Assembly (NCBI GenBank): GCA_047618705.1
Contig: JBLHJD010000001.1
Coordinates: forward strand, 1-60,538
From: Luteibaculaceae bacterium
GTDB lineage: Bacteria; Bacteroidota; Bacteroidia; Flavobacteriales_D; Luteibaculaceae
Length of the DNA: 60,538 nt
Reading direction: 5' to 3'
Positions 20,218-30,026 of the stretch are shown in pieces (the first letter of the stretch is position 1; each line of letters begins with the position of its first letter). Under the pieces are notes generated by a model. It saw only the letters and a list, made by a program, of their open reading frames with translations, searched no databases and was not told the DNA's origin. Both the position numbers and the translations under genes were made by a program.

Positions 20218-20889
20218 CTATTGGCAAAAATAGGGTAGGACTTTTTTCCACTTTTTGTCACCCCATTTCAGGGAGTCTCTAATTTGACCAAGGTGGAATC
20301 CTTCCTGTTTTCGGAGCGTAAATATAACCCGAACCTCATCCTTTTCAAAATATGGGTGCCGAACCAAGTCAGCAAACGAAATCAGAGGAATATCGAGGCA
20401 TTTTGTGGGCTTTGAAACAAGCAACTCCACCCCTTTTTTTGTCAAAAGATCCATCTTTAATCCGTAAACCTCACTCAATTGGTTCACCGAATAAAAACCA
20501 CCCAACAAATCCCGGTAGCGGAGGATGCGTTTTTGCAAAAAGGCGGGAATATGCCATTCGGAAATCGGCAATTCTTTTTCTTGAATTTCGTTTAGCGGGA
20601 TTTGAATTGAAGCTGTTTTAACCCGTTCTTTTTGGGGTGCATGGATAGTCTTTTTAGGCTTCTTTGGAGCCCGAACTTCCACCGGATATTCCCGTTTCTT
20701 TTCCTGTTTTACCTCAGCAATATCCTTCCATTGAATTTCATAGATAGATTTAGCTGGACTTTGATAAACTGTCCAAGCCCAACACCCCGACCAAGCCCCA
20801 ATTAGACCACAAGAAAACACCAAGAAAGACAGGCGTTCTTGCCTGCTACTCACGAATACATCCTTCCATAATTCCGACCATTCTCGCAT
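20218..20889 (-). CDS. Membrane-anchored helix-hairpin-helix (ComEA-like) protein
   Basis: The track ORF is 20218..20916. I prefer the start at M10 (MREWSELWK...) because the terminator hairpin of the upstream giant gene covers 20907-20932. The protein has one TM helix (LSFLVFSCGLIGAWSGCWAWTVY) and a C-terminal region similar to ComEA tandem HhH. The family call is tentative. Confidence 0.55.
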   Translation of the reverse strand: MREWSELWKDVFVSSRQERLSFLVFSCGLIGAWSGCWAWTVYQSPAKSIYEIQWKDIAEVKQEKKREYPVEVRAPKKPKKTIHAPQKERVKTASIQIPLNEIQEKELPISEWHIPAFLQKRILRYRDLLGGFYSVNQLSEVYGLKMDLLTKKGVELLVSKPTKCLDIPLISFADLVRHPYFEKDEVRVIFTLRKQEGFHLGQIRDSLKWGDKKWKKVLPYFCQ

Positions 20890-20906
20890 ATATGGAAATA
20901 CAAAAT

Positions 20907-20932
20907 CGGGAAACAAAAGATTGTGTTTCCCG
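20907..20932 (-). terminator. Terminator after giant gene 1
   Basis: A 9-bp stem, cgggaaaca (20907-20915) with tgtttcccg (20924-20932). On the minus strand ATTTTGTATTT follows. Confidence 0.6.
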
Positions 20933-20959
20933 ATTGTATTTTACACTTGTATGGTCCGG

Positions 20960-23900
20960 TTATCTCAAAAGACGAACACTCCCTGTATGCTCCACCTTGT
21001 CAGTAGAAAATGAATCTTTAAAAACGACTCTATACACGTAATTATCCTGTGGAGATTCTTTCCCTTTGTATGCACCATCCCAACCATCGACAGGATTAGA
21101 TGTTTCAAAAACAAGTTCTCCCCAGCGATTATATATGGTGAAGTTATATTGTCCTTTCCCCTCAATAAAACCACTCATTACTGGTCTAAACACATCGTTG
21201 GTTCCATCCCCATTGGGGGAAAAACTGTTGGGCACATTGATGAGGGAAACTCCTTTTATCAGAATAGGTTTTGTAATGGTATCTCTACATCCATTTACGG
21301 TAACAACTTCCAGGCTCACATCATAGGTTTTATCACCCACATCTGGGAAGTTGTAATAGGGATTCACTTCATTGGTTGTAAATGCCGTACTGTCTTCCTG
21401 GAAAGACCAAATAAGCGTATTCGCTAATTCCGATTCGTTGTAAAAATGAACATTCGGATTAATCACATCTGGTCTCGCTGGATTATAGCTGAAGTCCGCT
21501 ATCGGCATCGGATAAACTTGGAGGTAATTAACCTTATCCGTTTTCCCATAACAACCAATGGGCGACACCACCTCTAGCGTGATGGTATAGAAGCCTCCTA
21601 GCTTATTTGTGTACTTGGCTCCCACCGAATCCACCTGATTGGATGTTTGCCCTTCCCCAAGCGTCCAGGTTACGGAAGATCCATCTCCCAAAAACTCTGA
21701 ATCCGTTAGGTTTACATACACGGATTCAAAAGGTGGACACGCTGCAAAAACGTCCACTTCAAAATCAGGAATTGGACTTGGGAACACCTCTACAAAAGCA
21801 AAACCTGTTCCTGTATTTACACAACCCTTGGCATCCACAATGTTTTGAATCGAATAAATATGGGTAGTATCGGGTACAATATTGGCTACATTAATTCCAG
21901 AGAATAATCCAGCATACGGATTGTAAGTAATCCCATTTTCATCTTGAATTACAACCGTAAATGGAGCGTTCCCTGAAATATCAAAATTGAATACAAACGG
22001 TTCTCCAAAGCACAAACTATCTATCCCTGAAACCGACCCCACTGGAAGCTGATTCACCACTAGGTTGGCTGTTGGCTTTAGGTTATCATTAACACAGCTT
22101 GGGTTGGAAGCATCCGTTATTTGAACAATCTGATAGCTGGTATTAACACCTGGATTTATTGGAAACAGCACTGGAGTCCCAACATTAACGGAACTTAAAA
22201 GAGTCCCTCCACCATCAGACCAAATAACACTAATAGGTCCGTTTCCAATCGCTGTAAAAATGAGGTTTGTAGATTCCCCAAAACAAATTTCAGGATCCTC
22301 CAAAGCTATTGTAGCTGTAGGTATAGGATTAATTTGAATGGTTGCGTTTCCACTACCTGTTCCAGGGCAATTTACTGGAGTTTGATCCTGGATATTGGAC
22401 ACACCAAAGGTGGAATACTGCACCGTACCTGTGGTGTTGACCGGAGCCACCCATGCAGTGTAGCCATTTCCAGCTGGAACAGACATACTACCTGTGTTCC
22501 CAAGGCCATCCGAGTAATCAAAATTGATTGTCCCATTTCCAGTCACATCAAAGTAAATTTGAATGGAATCTCCATGGCAAATTTGGTTGGCGGCAGGAAC
22601 AGAAACAAACACTGTTGGGATAGGATTAACCTCCACCGTAGTAGTATAGACCGAATCCGCGTTTACACAACCCAAAACAGAGTTATCCCGAATACCCGTA
22701 ATTGTATACAAATTGGTTCCAACTGGCGGTGCAACAGGCGTGAACAAGATATCAACTCCTCTAGCTACCGATTTTGTCTCAACCAAGCCTGGTCCATTAA
22801 TATCTACAATTAATCCATCCATGGAAACCGTATTAACTCCTGTAATCTGAACAGCCGTCCCTTCACAAACCAACGGTTCAGAAAGATCCAAATCGATATC
22901 CGGAATTGGGTGGACACTAAACACCACAGGAATTCCATTCCCTAACCCTTTACATTGCTCAGGGGACGTATCCTTGATGGAGTCTAAAAGAAACGAAGTG
23001 GTTGAGAGGACGTATGCATTTTGCCCTAAATTCATTAACCCTGCGGAATCTGTACCATTCATCAACCATGAAAAAGTATTTAGATCTGCATCCTTAACAA
23101 ATACCTCAAAAGGCCCTTGCCCCGAAAAGTTTTCCATTCTTAGGATCCCCGTATTACCGGCATTATCGAAACAAAAATCTTGATCTCCTAATAAATCTAC
23201 ACTCGGTGCTGGATTCACTTGAATATCTACCGTTCCGCTAAGGTCTGTTCCAAAAGTGGCCGCTATACATCCTGAAATGTTGTCTGTGGCAGATTCTATA
23301 ACATAGGAGTAATTCCCAGGACTAGGCGGTGTTATCGACAAAGTCCCACCAGAATCAACACTCGTTCCAGAAGCAACAATGCTGCTATCTCCATCCCATA
23401 TGTTAACCGTAAAATCAGCACCCGGAGTACCATCTAAGCTTAGTATCACCTCAAAAGAGGCGTTTTCACAGATAAGGGCCGTGGTGGCAGAAAGGTTTCC
23501 AGAAGGTGCCGGGAAAAACCGAACTTCCAATCCATTGGAAACTTGCAAACAAGGATCCATTATATCAACCTGAGTTCCCGTTATATCTCCTGTTACTGCA
23601 ACAATATAATACGGGGTGTTATACAATACTGTACCTCCCGTTATTTCTGCACTAAGGTTAAACTGAGGCGTGCTATTTCTTTTGATTACAGTCCCTAATT
23701 GTAAAGAATCTGTAAAAATAAACTCCGTCCCATCATTTCCATCCCAATTTTCAGTACTGGTGTCGTACGTTGCGTCCACTTGAGTTTCTCCACACAGAGG
23801 CGTTGGAGTCAGGATGGTAGTCATGCTTCCAACTGCTGTTTCACATGGACAAATAAATACCCCTATTAAAGAATCAGGAGTACAATTCCCACCTTGCTCT

Positions 23901-26900
23901 TGCGCAAAAAACGTATACCCAACATTGGTCAGGATTTCATCGGACACAAAGGTATTCCCCGTTAAGGTTCCAGTAATCGGATTGCTATTACCATCCACAC
24001 CTGTTACCACATAATTTGTGGTTAAGCCTCCTGATATAGAAAAGGTTACCGTGTATCCCGTATTAATTGAATTACAATTGTGGGGTTCTACTGCGGTGGC
24101 ATCAATGCTTGGTGAATCGTTCACAATTACGCTCATGGATTTATTTACTGCTTGAGAGCAATTGGCGTTTGAAACAGAATTGATGGTATAGGTAATGGTC
24201 CCTGTTCCACTTGGCGAAACAAAGAAGGTAGAATCTCCATCGTAATTCCCATCAATTTCGGCTGTTCCAGCAATAACAAAGGGACCTTGGCCTTGAAACA
24301 CCATATTCACCTCAATTTGATCCGAAAAGCAAACCTCTGCGGAGCCATACATATTAACCCCTGGGGATTCATAGAACACCACTGGAATTCCGGTAGTGTA
24401 TTGCACACAGGGATCGGCAAAATCGACACCGGCTCCGGAAGCATTTCCGGCGGCACCTGTAATGTAGTAGGTAGTTCCGTAAGTCATACCTGCACCATAA
24501 GTGAATCCACTTGGTGAGGGACTAGGACCAGCTACAATACCTGCAATTCCAGGACCTGCTGAAGAGTGAAGGTAAAACGATCGGGTGTCATTGGGGTCTA
24601 AGTTTTCACCCGTACTGTTGTAAGAGATAGAACCTGTCATGTCGGTTCCACAAACCGTATACGGGTTTTGACCACTGCTGTTAACTAAAGTCCCAATAGC
24701 AGTTAAACAGTTACACTTATGTTGTCCCAATATTTCGGGGACAGTGTTGTTACAACTTGTTCCGTCCGAGAAAATAAAATGATAATTATCAAAATCGGTA
24801 ATCCAATCAGATTCAAACACGGTTCCTGAAAAACTTCCAGTATGGCCGGTTGGTGAAGTATAAGCTAGGGCTCCCGGATCACCGTTGGTGATATTGATGT
24901 ACACCTTGAACTTATCTCCCGTCAAATTACATTCGAAACGGTCAAACTCAACTTTAATGGAATCTTGAGCCTTGATATTGGAAACTTGATCGATGACGGT
25001 TTTACAATTATAATCATTGTACACCTGCACTAAGGTTACACTTTGATCGGCTTGGATATCCGTAAAATTAATAACAAAGCTGTTTCCTGAAAATCCAGTT
25101 TCCGTGTTTGCTGTTCCGTTCTCGATATAGTCGAAGGAAAAATCGGGTGTTCCGGTGATGGCAATTTCTATGCTTGCATCTTGGCCTTTACACAGAGTTT
25201 GGTCGGCAGAAATACTCGCTTCTGGAGCACCATGCCATATTATCTCAATTGGATTTGTGAAATCCAAGCAGCCATCCATAAAGTCTACCTCACCATTGGC
25301 ATCAGCGTCTGAAGCAACAACTGCAGTAACCCAATACGATTGTTCCAATACAAGGGGTGCTCCAAAACTAAAGGAACCGCTTGTGTTTCTCAGATAAATA
25401 ATATCATCTAATGCCCCAAAATTATCGTGAATGATGTACTCTAAAATATCATCGGCATCCTGACTTAAGTTGGTTTTATCGTGCTCAATTCCAATGGAGA
25501 AAACGCCGTTTTCACAAAAATGGTGGACCGCTGCGGTATTAATAAATTCACCTGCATTGGTGGTACAGTTACACAAATGGGTTCCGGTTACAAAGTTCAC
25601 TTTACATCCGTTTGCGTCTGTTACCCGGATGATATAAGGGTCGCCATTATTGATCCAAGCGCTGGTGTAGTTTCCACCACCATGCGCTACAAAACCTGAC
25701 CCTTCATCCACCATGTAGGATGTAGCATCTCCGCCTGTTATTGAAACGGTTACTTGGTATTGAGTATTGGTCCCGTTACAATCTTTACTCACAAGGGTAA
25801 CAACAGGGCTGTCCACCACCTCAACATCCAGTTGGGCAGGTAAACTTTCGCATCCATTGATTGTTTGTGTAAGATAGTGCGACTCTGCAGGATTCCCAAG
25901 AGTACCCGTGTTGGGTGTTGGGGGCTGATCTGCATTTAAGGTTGTGGCAGCTGCATTGGTATACCATTGTAAGCTAGTTCCTGTTGCAATTAAAGGATCC
26001 GCTATTGAGTCCTTACACCACTTAATAGGTGCCACGGCTGGAGGAGCCGGAATGGCGTAAATAGTGATGGTCACCGTGATTGGATCTCCAACACAACTAT
26101 TTGGTGCCGCTCCTGTAGGGGTTACCTCATACACCACGGTTTGGTCCGTGGCTCCAGAATTGACCAAAGTTTGTTTAATTTCTGCTCCACTTCCGGCAGC
26201 TTGGCCTGTAATATTTGCGCCGGCGCTGCTGATAACCCAGGCAAAAGTGGCACTTGGGTTTGTACTGCTTAATGCAATATTGGTTTCACCGCCAGAACAA
26301 AAAGCTTCATTATCTGGGGTGGCCGTAATATCTGGTTTGTCTTCAATTTTTACATCGATTTGTGCAGTAGGCCCCGTACAGTTTTTATCGGAGGTCTGAC
26401 TTACAAAAAAGGATTCTGCTGGATCCCCAGTAACACTTGTATTAGGTGTTGGGGCCCCTGCCAATGGACTCATAGCACCATCGAACCAATTAAATGTTGC
26501 ACCGGGTAATCCGGTTGCGGATAATATTGCCGCCAACTCATCCAAACAATACTCTTCATTTTCCACCGTAGGTGCTGGTGGCAAATCGTTAATTACTACT
26601 TCAATCTCAGCGCGGTCACTTTCGCATCCTGCCCCATCAATCTGACTTACATAATACGTGGTTGAACCTGCCGAAGCTGAACTTGGCGTAGGTGCTATGG
26701 GGTCGCCTACACCACCACTTGACGTTGTATACCACAAAAGGGTATTGGCACCACTTGCCGTTGCTGACAAAGCGATGGTAGCTTCATTTTTACAATATTC
26801 TACCGGACTAACAACTGCTGGTAATATTGGTTTTGGATTTACAGTAACTGTTACCGTCTGTTTGGCTCCTGCACAAAAAGTGGGGCTTGGTCCAGAAGGG

Positions 26901-29266
26901 GTTACTTCATATTCTACCGTTTCAGCAGACGCTCCGGTATTGTTGAGCGTTTGAGCGATGGTATTTGATGCTCCACTAGCCGATCCTGTAATGTTGGGAC
27001 CTACATTTAACACTACAAAACTGTATTGTGTTCCGGCGCTGTCGCTGGCCAAATCAATGTCTGTTACTTCTCCCGAACAAATGGTAGGTTCATTGTTGGT
27101 AATCCGCAAATTTGGAGCTCCATTAATTTTTACTTTGAGCTCGGCCGCTGGGCCTTCACACCCATCTGCCGAAGTTTGGGTGGCAAAATAGCTGGTGGTT
27201 CCACCGGAAGCAGAAGATGGCGTAGGGGGTTGACTGGCTGATTGGGTTGTTAGGGCAGCATCCTCGTACCAAGTAATGTTGATTCCAGCTACCACTGCTA
27301 ATGGACTGGTGGTTTCTCCTTCGCAGTATTCAATATCTGCAACGGTAGGGGCTGGTGGATCAGGGTTTACATTTACTTGAACCGTTCCTGAGCCTGTACA
27401 GCAATTAAATTCTTCAACGGTTAGTGTATATAATTTAGAACTAGTTGGTGTCGCTGTTGGGCTAGCTATTGTTGTGCTAGAAAGTCCTGCGCCTGGGGTC
27501 CAAGTGTACGATTTTATTCCATTTTTGGATTGAAAGGTAATGGTCCAATTTTCTATGGTTCCATTATCTCCTGCAGCATTATCATTTACTCTTAAATTCC
27601 AGGTTCCATTCGGGTCAAAACCAGTGAATCCACTAAAATCGCTTGGATTTTGTTGAGGAGACCAGTCACCCGTATATGGAAAAGCTCCGGTATTAACCCT
27701 TGGGTTTCCACCATTGGTAAAACAAGTATTAACATACCCATCATTAGTTCCCCCAATCCTGTTTGCCAGGTTAATAAGAGTCCCATTTGGTGCCACCAAT
27801 CTAACTTGCATATCCCCCATGTAGGTATGCGAGATATTCATACAAACACGCACAATAGACCAGTCATTTGGATTTAAACAACTTGCTGTTATTGGCGAAT
27901 TTCTGGTTGCATTACTTACAACCGCAACAGGATTGTTATTTGAAAATGTCTTATTATAATTCCCTGTAGAAGTTGGGGTTACCGTAGAGTTTAATACTCT
28001 GGATTCTCCAGGACAAAAAGGCGTTACTGGATTTATTCCAACTGTTGTCCCGCCAGAAATAGTTACTTGTTTCGTAATGGAGTTTGAACACTCACCTGGT
28101 AGGGCTTTAATAATCAATGTAACATCATAAGTACCTGGGCCAGCGTATGAATGACTTGGGTTTTTTTCAGTTGAATAACCGCCATCCCCAAAATCCCATA
28201 AAAACTCTAAAGTTCCTGAAGGCGCTAAATATTCAAAGTCCACTTGTCCACAACCACCACCATTCCACGAGAAATCAGGCTCTTCAAGACCACCAAAACC
28301 AAAAGTACTATTGCTTAAATCGAACACATATCCTGCATTTCCTGTTGCGTACCGATCCACCATAATAACGTATCGCCTTCCTGCAATAACTCCGATTGTA
28401 GGGTCACAAGGAGCAGGTGGCGGCAGCGGCCCTCCGCAATTGGATACATTTGGGCACCCCAATCCCGTAACCCCATTTGCCGCGCCATTGTTCCCAAGAC
28501 AAGAGGTCCAACTGCAAGCTAATTCAACTCCGGGGCAACCATTAGTTATATCCCAGACTGCCCAATCATAATCAACGGGGGCATTCGGGGTAATTGAAAA
28601 TGCTAGTTGCCCAGAAACATCAACTGTAAACTCATACCAATGAGACCTTTGTTCAGCGTCCTCATAACAGGCTCCGGGTTCATTAAAATTTCCTTGAGTC
28701 CCATTAAAGTTTGCCTGAACTATGGGATCTGATGAACAAATAAATTCAGTGGCAACACAATCACTATACTCCGGGACATCCTGCGGTGGAATTTCTTCCA
28801 AACAAATTCCGACATCCCCAACTTCTCCATTATTTCCATCCAATAGGATATGATATGTATTACCTGGAGTCAGGTTATAAACTGCCAACCTATTATTAAC
28901 TAATCCTGAACCCGTGTTGATATCCTCCTGACAGGCAATTTCATTTAATGCCCCACAACCACCTTCAAAAACAGCAATATGCGGGTCGTTTATTGAGTTA
29001 AGTCCAAAATTATCTGAAATCATCACAGAACCAGTAGCTGGAGCAACAAACGAAAACCAAATTCCATTATCGTCGGTGGTATTCCAACAGCTCGGATTTT
29101 GACCGTCTGGGGTTGCCCCAACGTTGTTATACGTTAAGGAGGAACAATTTCCGCTAGCATCCACGGTCAAACCAATAGCCCCACCACAATTATCATTGGC
29201 TGGCTGGGCATAAACACCTAAACCCAACACCAAAAAAAGAACGGATAATATCTTTGAAATGCGCAT
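20960..29266 (-). CDS. Giant secreted multi-domain protein 1 (2768 aa). Domains: signal peptide, two PPC-like domains, PKD, proprotein-convertase P-domain, Ig-like repeats, three CxCxT modules, PKD, T9SS type-B (CHU_C / gliding-motility) C-terminal domain
   Basis: The ORF is uninterrupted.
- Signal peptide: MRISKILSVLFLVLGLGVYAQ.
- PKD: FLWDFGDGGYSTEKNPSHSYAGPGTYDVTL.
- P-domain: ISHTYMGDMQVRLVAPNGT...DPNGTWNLRVNDNAAGDNGTIENWTITF.
- Type-B CTD at the extreme C-terminus: VPNSFSPNGDGTNDVFRPV...YNRWGELVFE...GWDGAYKG...YVYRV...VRLLR. Confidence 0.9.
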   Translation of the reverse strand: MRISKILSVLFLVLGLGVYAQPANDNCGGAIGLTVDASGNCSSLTYNNVGATPDGQNPSCWNTTDDNGIWFSFVAPATGSVMISDNFGLNSINDPHIAVFEGGCGALNEIACQEDINTGSGLVNNRLAVYNLTPGNTYHILLDGNNGEVGDVGICLEEIPPQDVPEYSDCVATEFICSSDPIVQANFNGTQGNFNEPGACYEDAEQRSHWYEFTVDVSGQLAFSITPNAPVDYDWAVWDITNGCPGVELACSWTSCLGNNGAANGVTGLGCPNVSNCGGPLPPPAPCDPTIGVIAGRRYVIMVDRYATGNAGYVFDLSNSTFGFGGLEEPDFSWNGGGCGQVDFEYLAPSGTLEFLWDFGDGGYSTEKNPSHSYAGPGTYDVTLIIKALPGECSNSITKQVTISGGTTVGINPVTPFCPGESRVLNSTVTPTSTGNYNKTFSNNNPVAVVSNATRNSPITASCLNPNDWSIVRVCMNISHTYMGDMQVRLVAPNGTLINLANRIGGTNDGYVNTCFTNGGNPRVNTGAFPYTGDWSPQQNPSDFSGFTGFDPNGTWNLRVNDNAAGDNGTIENWTITFQSKNGIKSYTWTPGAGLSSTTIASPTATPTSSKLYTLTVEEFNCCTGSGTVQVNVNPDPPAPTVADIEYCEGETTSPLAVVAGINITWYEDAALTTQSASQPPTPSSASGGTTSYFATQTSADGCEGPAAELKVKINGAPNLRITNNEPTICSGEVTDIDLASDSAGTQYSFVVLNVGPNITGSASGASNTIAQTLNNTGASAETVEYEVTPSGPSPTFCAGAKQTVTVTVNPKPILPAVVSPVEYCKNEATIALSATASGANTLLWYTTSSGGVGDPIAPTPSSASAGSTTYYVSQIDGAGCESDRAEIEVVINDLPPAPTVENEEYCLDELAAILSATGLPGATFNWFDGAMSPLAGAPTPNTSVTGDPAESFFVSQTSDKNCTGPTAQIDVKIEDKPDITATPDNEAFCSGGETNIALSSTNPSATFAWVISSAGANITGQAAGSGAEIKQTLVNSGATDQTVVYEVTPTGAAPNSCVGDPITVTITIYAIPAPPAVAPIKWCKDSIADPLIATGTSLQWYTNAAATTLNADQPPTPNTGTLGNPAESHYLTQTINGCESLPAQLDVEVVDSPVVTLVSKDCNGTNTQYQVTVSITGGDATSYMVDEGSGFVAHGGGNYTSAWINNGDPYIIRVTDANGCKVNFVTGTHLCNCTTNAGEFINTAAVHHFCENGVFSIGIEHDKTNLSQDADDILEYIIHDNFGALDDIIYLRNTSGSFSFGAPLVLEQSYWVTAVVASDADANGEVDFMDGCLDFTNPIEIIWHGAPEASISADQTLCKGQDASIEIAITGTPDFSFDYIENGTANTETGFSGNSFVINFTDIQADQSVTLVQVYNDYNCKTVIDQVSNIKAQDSIKVEFDRFECNLTGDKFKVYINITNGDPGALAYTSPTGHTGSFSGTVFESDWITDFDNYHFIFSDGTSCNNTVPEILGQHKCNCLTAIGTLVNSSGQNPYTVCGTDMTGSISYNSTGENLDPNDTRSFYLHSSAGPGIAGIVAGPSPSPSGFTYGAGMTYGTTYYITGAAGNASGAGVDFADPCVQYTTGIPVVFYESPGVNMYGSAEVCFSDQIEVNMVFQGQGPFVIAGTAEIDGNYDGDSTFFVSPSGTGTITYTINSVSNANCSQAVNKSMSVIVNDSPSIDATAVEPHNCNSINTGYTVTFSISGGLTTNYVVTGVDGNSNPITGTLTGNTFVSDEILTNVGYTFFAQEQGGNCTPDSLIGVFICPCETAVGSMTTILTPTPLCGETQVDATYDTSTENWDGNDGTEFIFTDSLQLGTVIKRNSTPQFNLSAEITGGTVLYNTPYYIVAVTGDITGTQVDIMDPCLQVSNGLEVRFFPAPSGNLSATTALICENASFEVILSLDGTPGADFTVNIWDGDSSIVASGTSVDSGGTLSITPPSPGNYSYVIESATDNISGCIAATFGTDLSGTVDIQVNPAPSVDLLGDQDFCFDNAGNTGILRMENFSGQGPFEVFVKDADLNTFSWLMNGTDSAGLMNLGQNAYVLSTTSFLLDSIKDTSPEQCKGLGNGIPVVFSVHPIPDIDLDLSEPLVCEGTAVQITGVNTVSMDGLIVDINGPGLVETKSVARGVDILFTPVAPPVGTNLYTITGIRDNSVLGCVNADSVYTTTVEVNPIPTVFVSVPAANQICHGDSIQIYFDVTGNGTINFDYSDGLGNTGSMSVPAGNGYTAWVAPVNTTGTVQYSTFGVSNIQDQTPVNCPGTGSGNATIQINPIPTATIALEDPEICFGESTNLIFTAIGNGPISVIWSDGGGTLLSSVNVGTPVLFPINPGVNTSYQIVQITDASNPSCVNDNLKPTANLVVNQLPVGSVSGIDSLCFGEPFVFNFDISGNAPFTVVIQDENGITYNPYAGLFSGINVANIVPDTTHIYSIQNIVDAKGCVNTGTGFAFVEVFPSPIPDFEVDVFAACPPFESVYVNLTDSEFLGDGSSVTWTLGEGQTSNQVDSVGAKYTNKLGGFYTITLEVVSPIGCYGKTDKVNYLQVYPMPIADFSYNPARPDVINPNVHFYNESELANTLIWSFQEDSTAFTTNEVNPYYNFPDVGDKTYDVSLEVVTVNGCRDTITKPILIKGVSLINVPNSFSPNGDGTNDVFRPVMSGFIEGKGQYNFTIYNRWGELVFETSNPVDGWDGAYKGKESPQDNYVYRVVFKDSFSTDKVEHTGSVRLLR
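27533..27949 (-). other. Proprotein-convertase P-domain-like region of giant 1 (aa ~440-578)
   Basis: Motif-level match to the kexin/furin P-domain: ...WSIVRVCMNISHTYMGDMQVRLVAPNGTLINLANRIGG...FTGFDPNGTWNLRVNDNAAGDNGTIENWTITF. No subtilase catalytic domain is present in the protein. Confidence 0.6.
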
Positions 29267-29679
29267 TATTTACGGGTTTTAGGGTTAAGTGCTTCACTAG
29301 AGACAGCATTGCTTCGCACAACACATTTTAAGGCAATCAGTTCCAATCCTTTTTGTTTTCCTTTTGGAATCGTAAAACGAATAGCAGGTCCGTAAGATTG
29401 GATTTCTACAAAACCGTCCTTAGCAAAAATATTTACCTTGATTTTATCAGAATCTTGAAATACGAGCACATCCTTAAGACTTAAGGGGAAATTAACCACT
29501 ACTTCCTGCTCACTGGAGGAAGAGCTAAAAAGGTAGGATAGTCCTGACTCAAAATTGGGGTTATCGAATTCACAAGAATGGAATTCTTGTTGCGAAAAAC
29601 CTTTACCACAAAGGATTACAAGAAAAAACACTGTGCACAGCAACTGGGGGGTTCTGCCACTAAAAAGGACGGTATTCAT
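29266..29679 (-). CDS. Small secreted hypothetical protein, translationally coupled to giant gene 1
   Basis: I trimmed the track ORF (29266..29736) to M20, MNTVLFSGRTPQLLCTVFFLVILCGKGFSQQ..., which has a signal-peptide-like N-terminus. Its TAA stop shares one nucleotide with the ATG of the giant gene (TAATG at 29268-29264). I recognise no family. Confidence 0.6.
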   Translation of the reverse strand: MNTVLFSGRTPQLLCTVFFLVILCGKGFSQQEFHSCEFDNPNFESGLSYLFSSSSSEQEVVVNFPLSLKDVLVFQDSDKIKVNIFAKDGFVEIQSYGPAIRFTIPKGKQKGLELIALKCVVRSNAVSSEALNPKTRK

Positions 29680-29879
29680 AGGTTGGTTTTTATTCGAGAT
29701 ATCCAAAAATGCGGTATAAACAAGATAGCAATTCATCCACCTCTATACTCCATACGGTGATTTCATTAATTGGTTGCCGACCCAAACTACCGTTTATCAG
29801 AACCAGAAACAACTTTAGTCGCAATTATTGTAGCAAACAGTAAGAACACAACATACACGAGAAACAATACGGGGTATCG

Positions 29880-29887
29880 CAAAATTA
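29880..29887 (-). promoter_or_regulatory. Candidate -7 box (TAATTTTG) for the small-ORF/giant-1 operon
   Basis: On the minus strand TAATTTTG at 29887->29880 is an exact TAnnTTTG match and is the same octamer as the one upstream of the tRNA operon. It lies downstream of the GSIII terminator, about 200 nt upstream of the ATG at 29679. A TTG sits at 29914->29912. Confidence 0.3.
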
Positions 29888-29972
29888 TAAACCACAAAGC
29901 GCACATTATCCCAAATAAAATAATTCAAACTCCCGAAAGTGGTTAAAATTGAAATCCTACCCTTATAAACGC

Positions 29973-30005
29973 AAAAACCCCAAGCTCTATTGAGCTTGGG
30001 GTTTC
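29973..30005 (-). terminator. Rho-independent terminator after the GSIII gene
   Basis: A 10-bp stem, ccccaagctc (29978-29987) with gagcttgggg (29992-30001). On the minus strand TTTTT follows. Confidence 0.8.
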
Positions 30006-30026
30006 TTTTCTAAATTATGAATTTGC

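Noticed and set aside
22334-22813. Antisense ORFs of 60-160 aa scattered inside the giant genes, for example 22334-22813, 43343-43750, 43627-44001, 52145-52522 and 26064-26399
   Set aside because: All are embedded antisense in long, motif-rich sense frames. Their composition mirrors the Thr/Gly/Asn/Pro-rich sense strand, and none has an independent signal.
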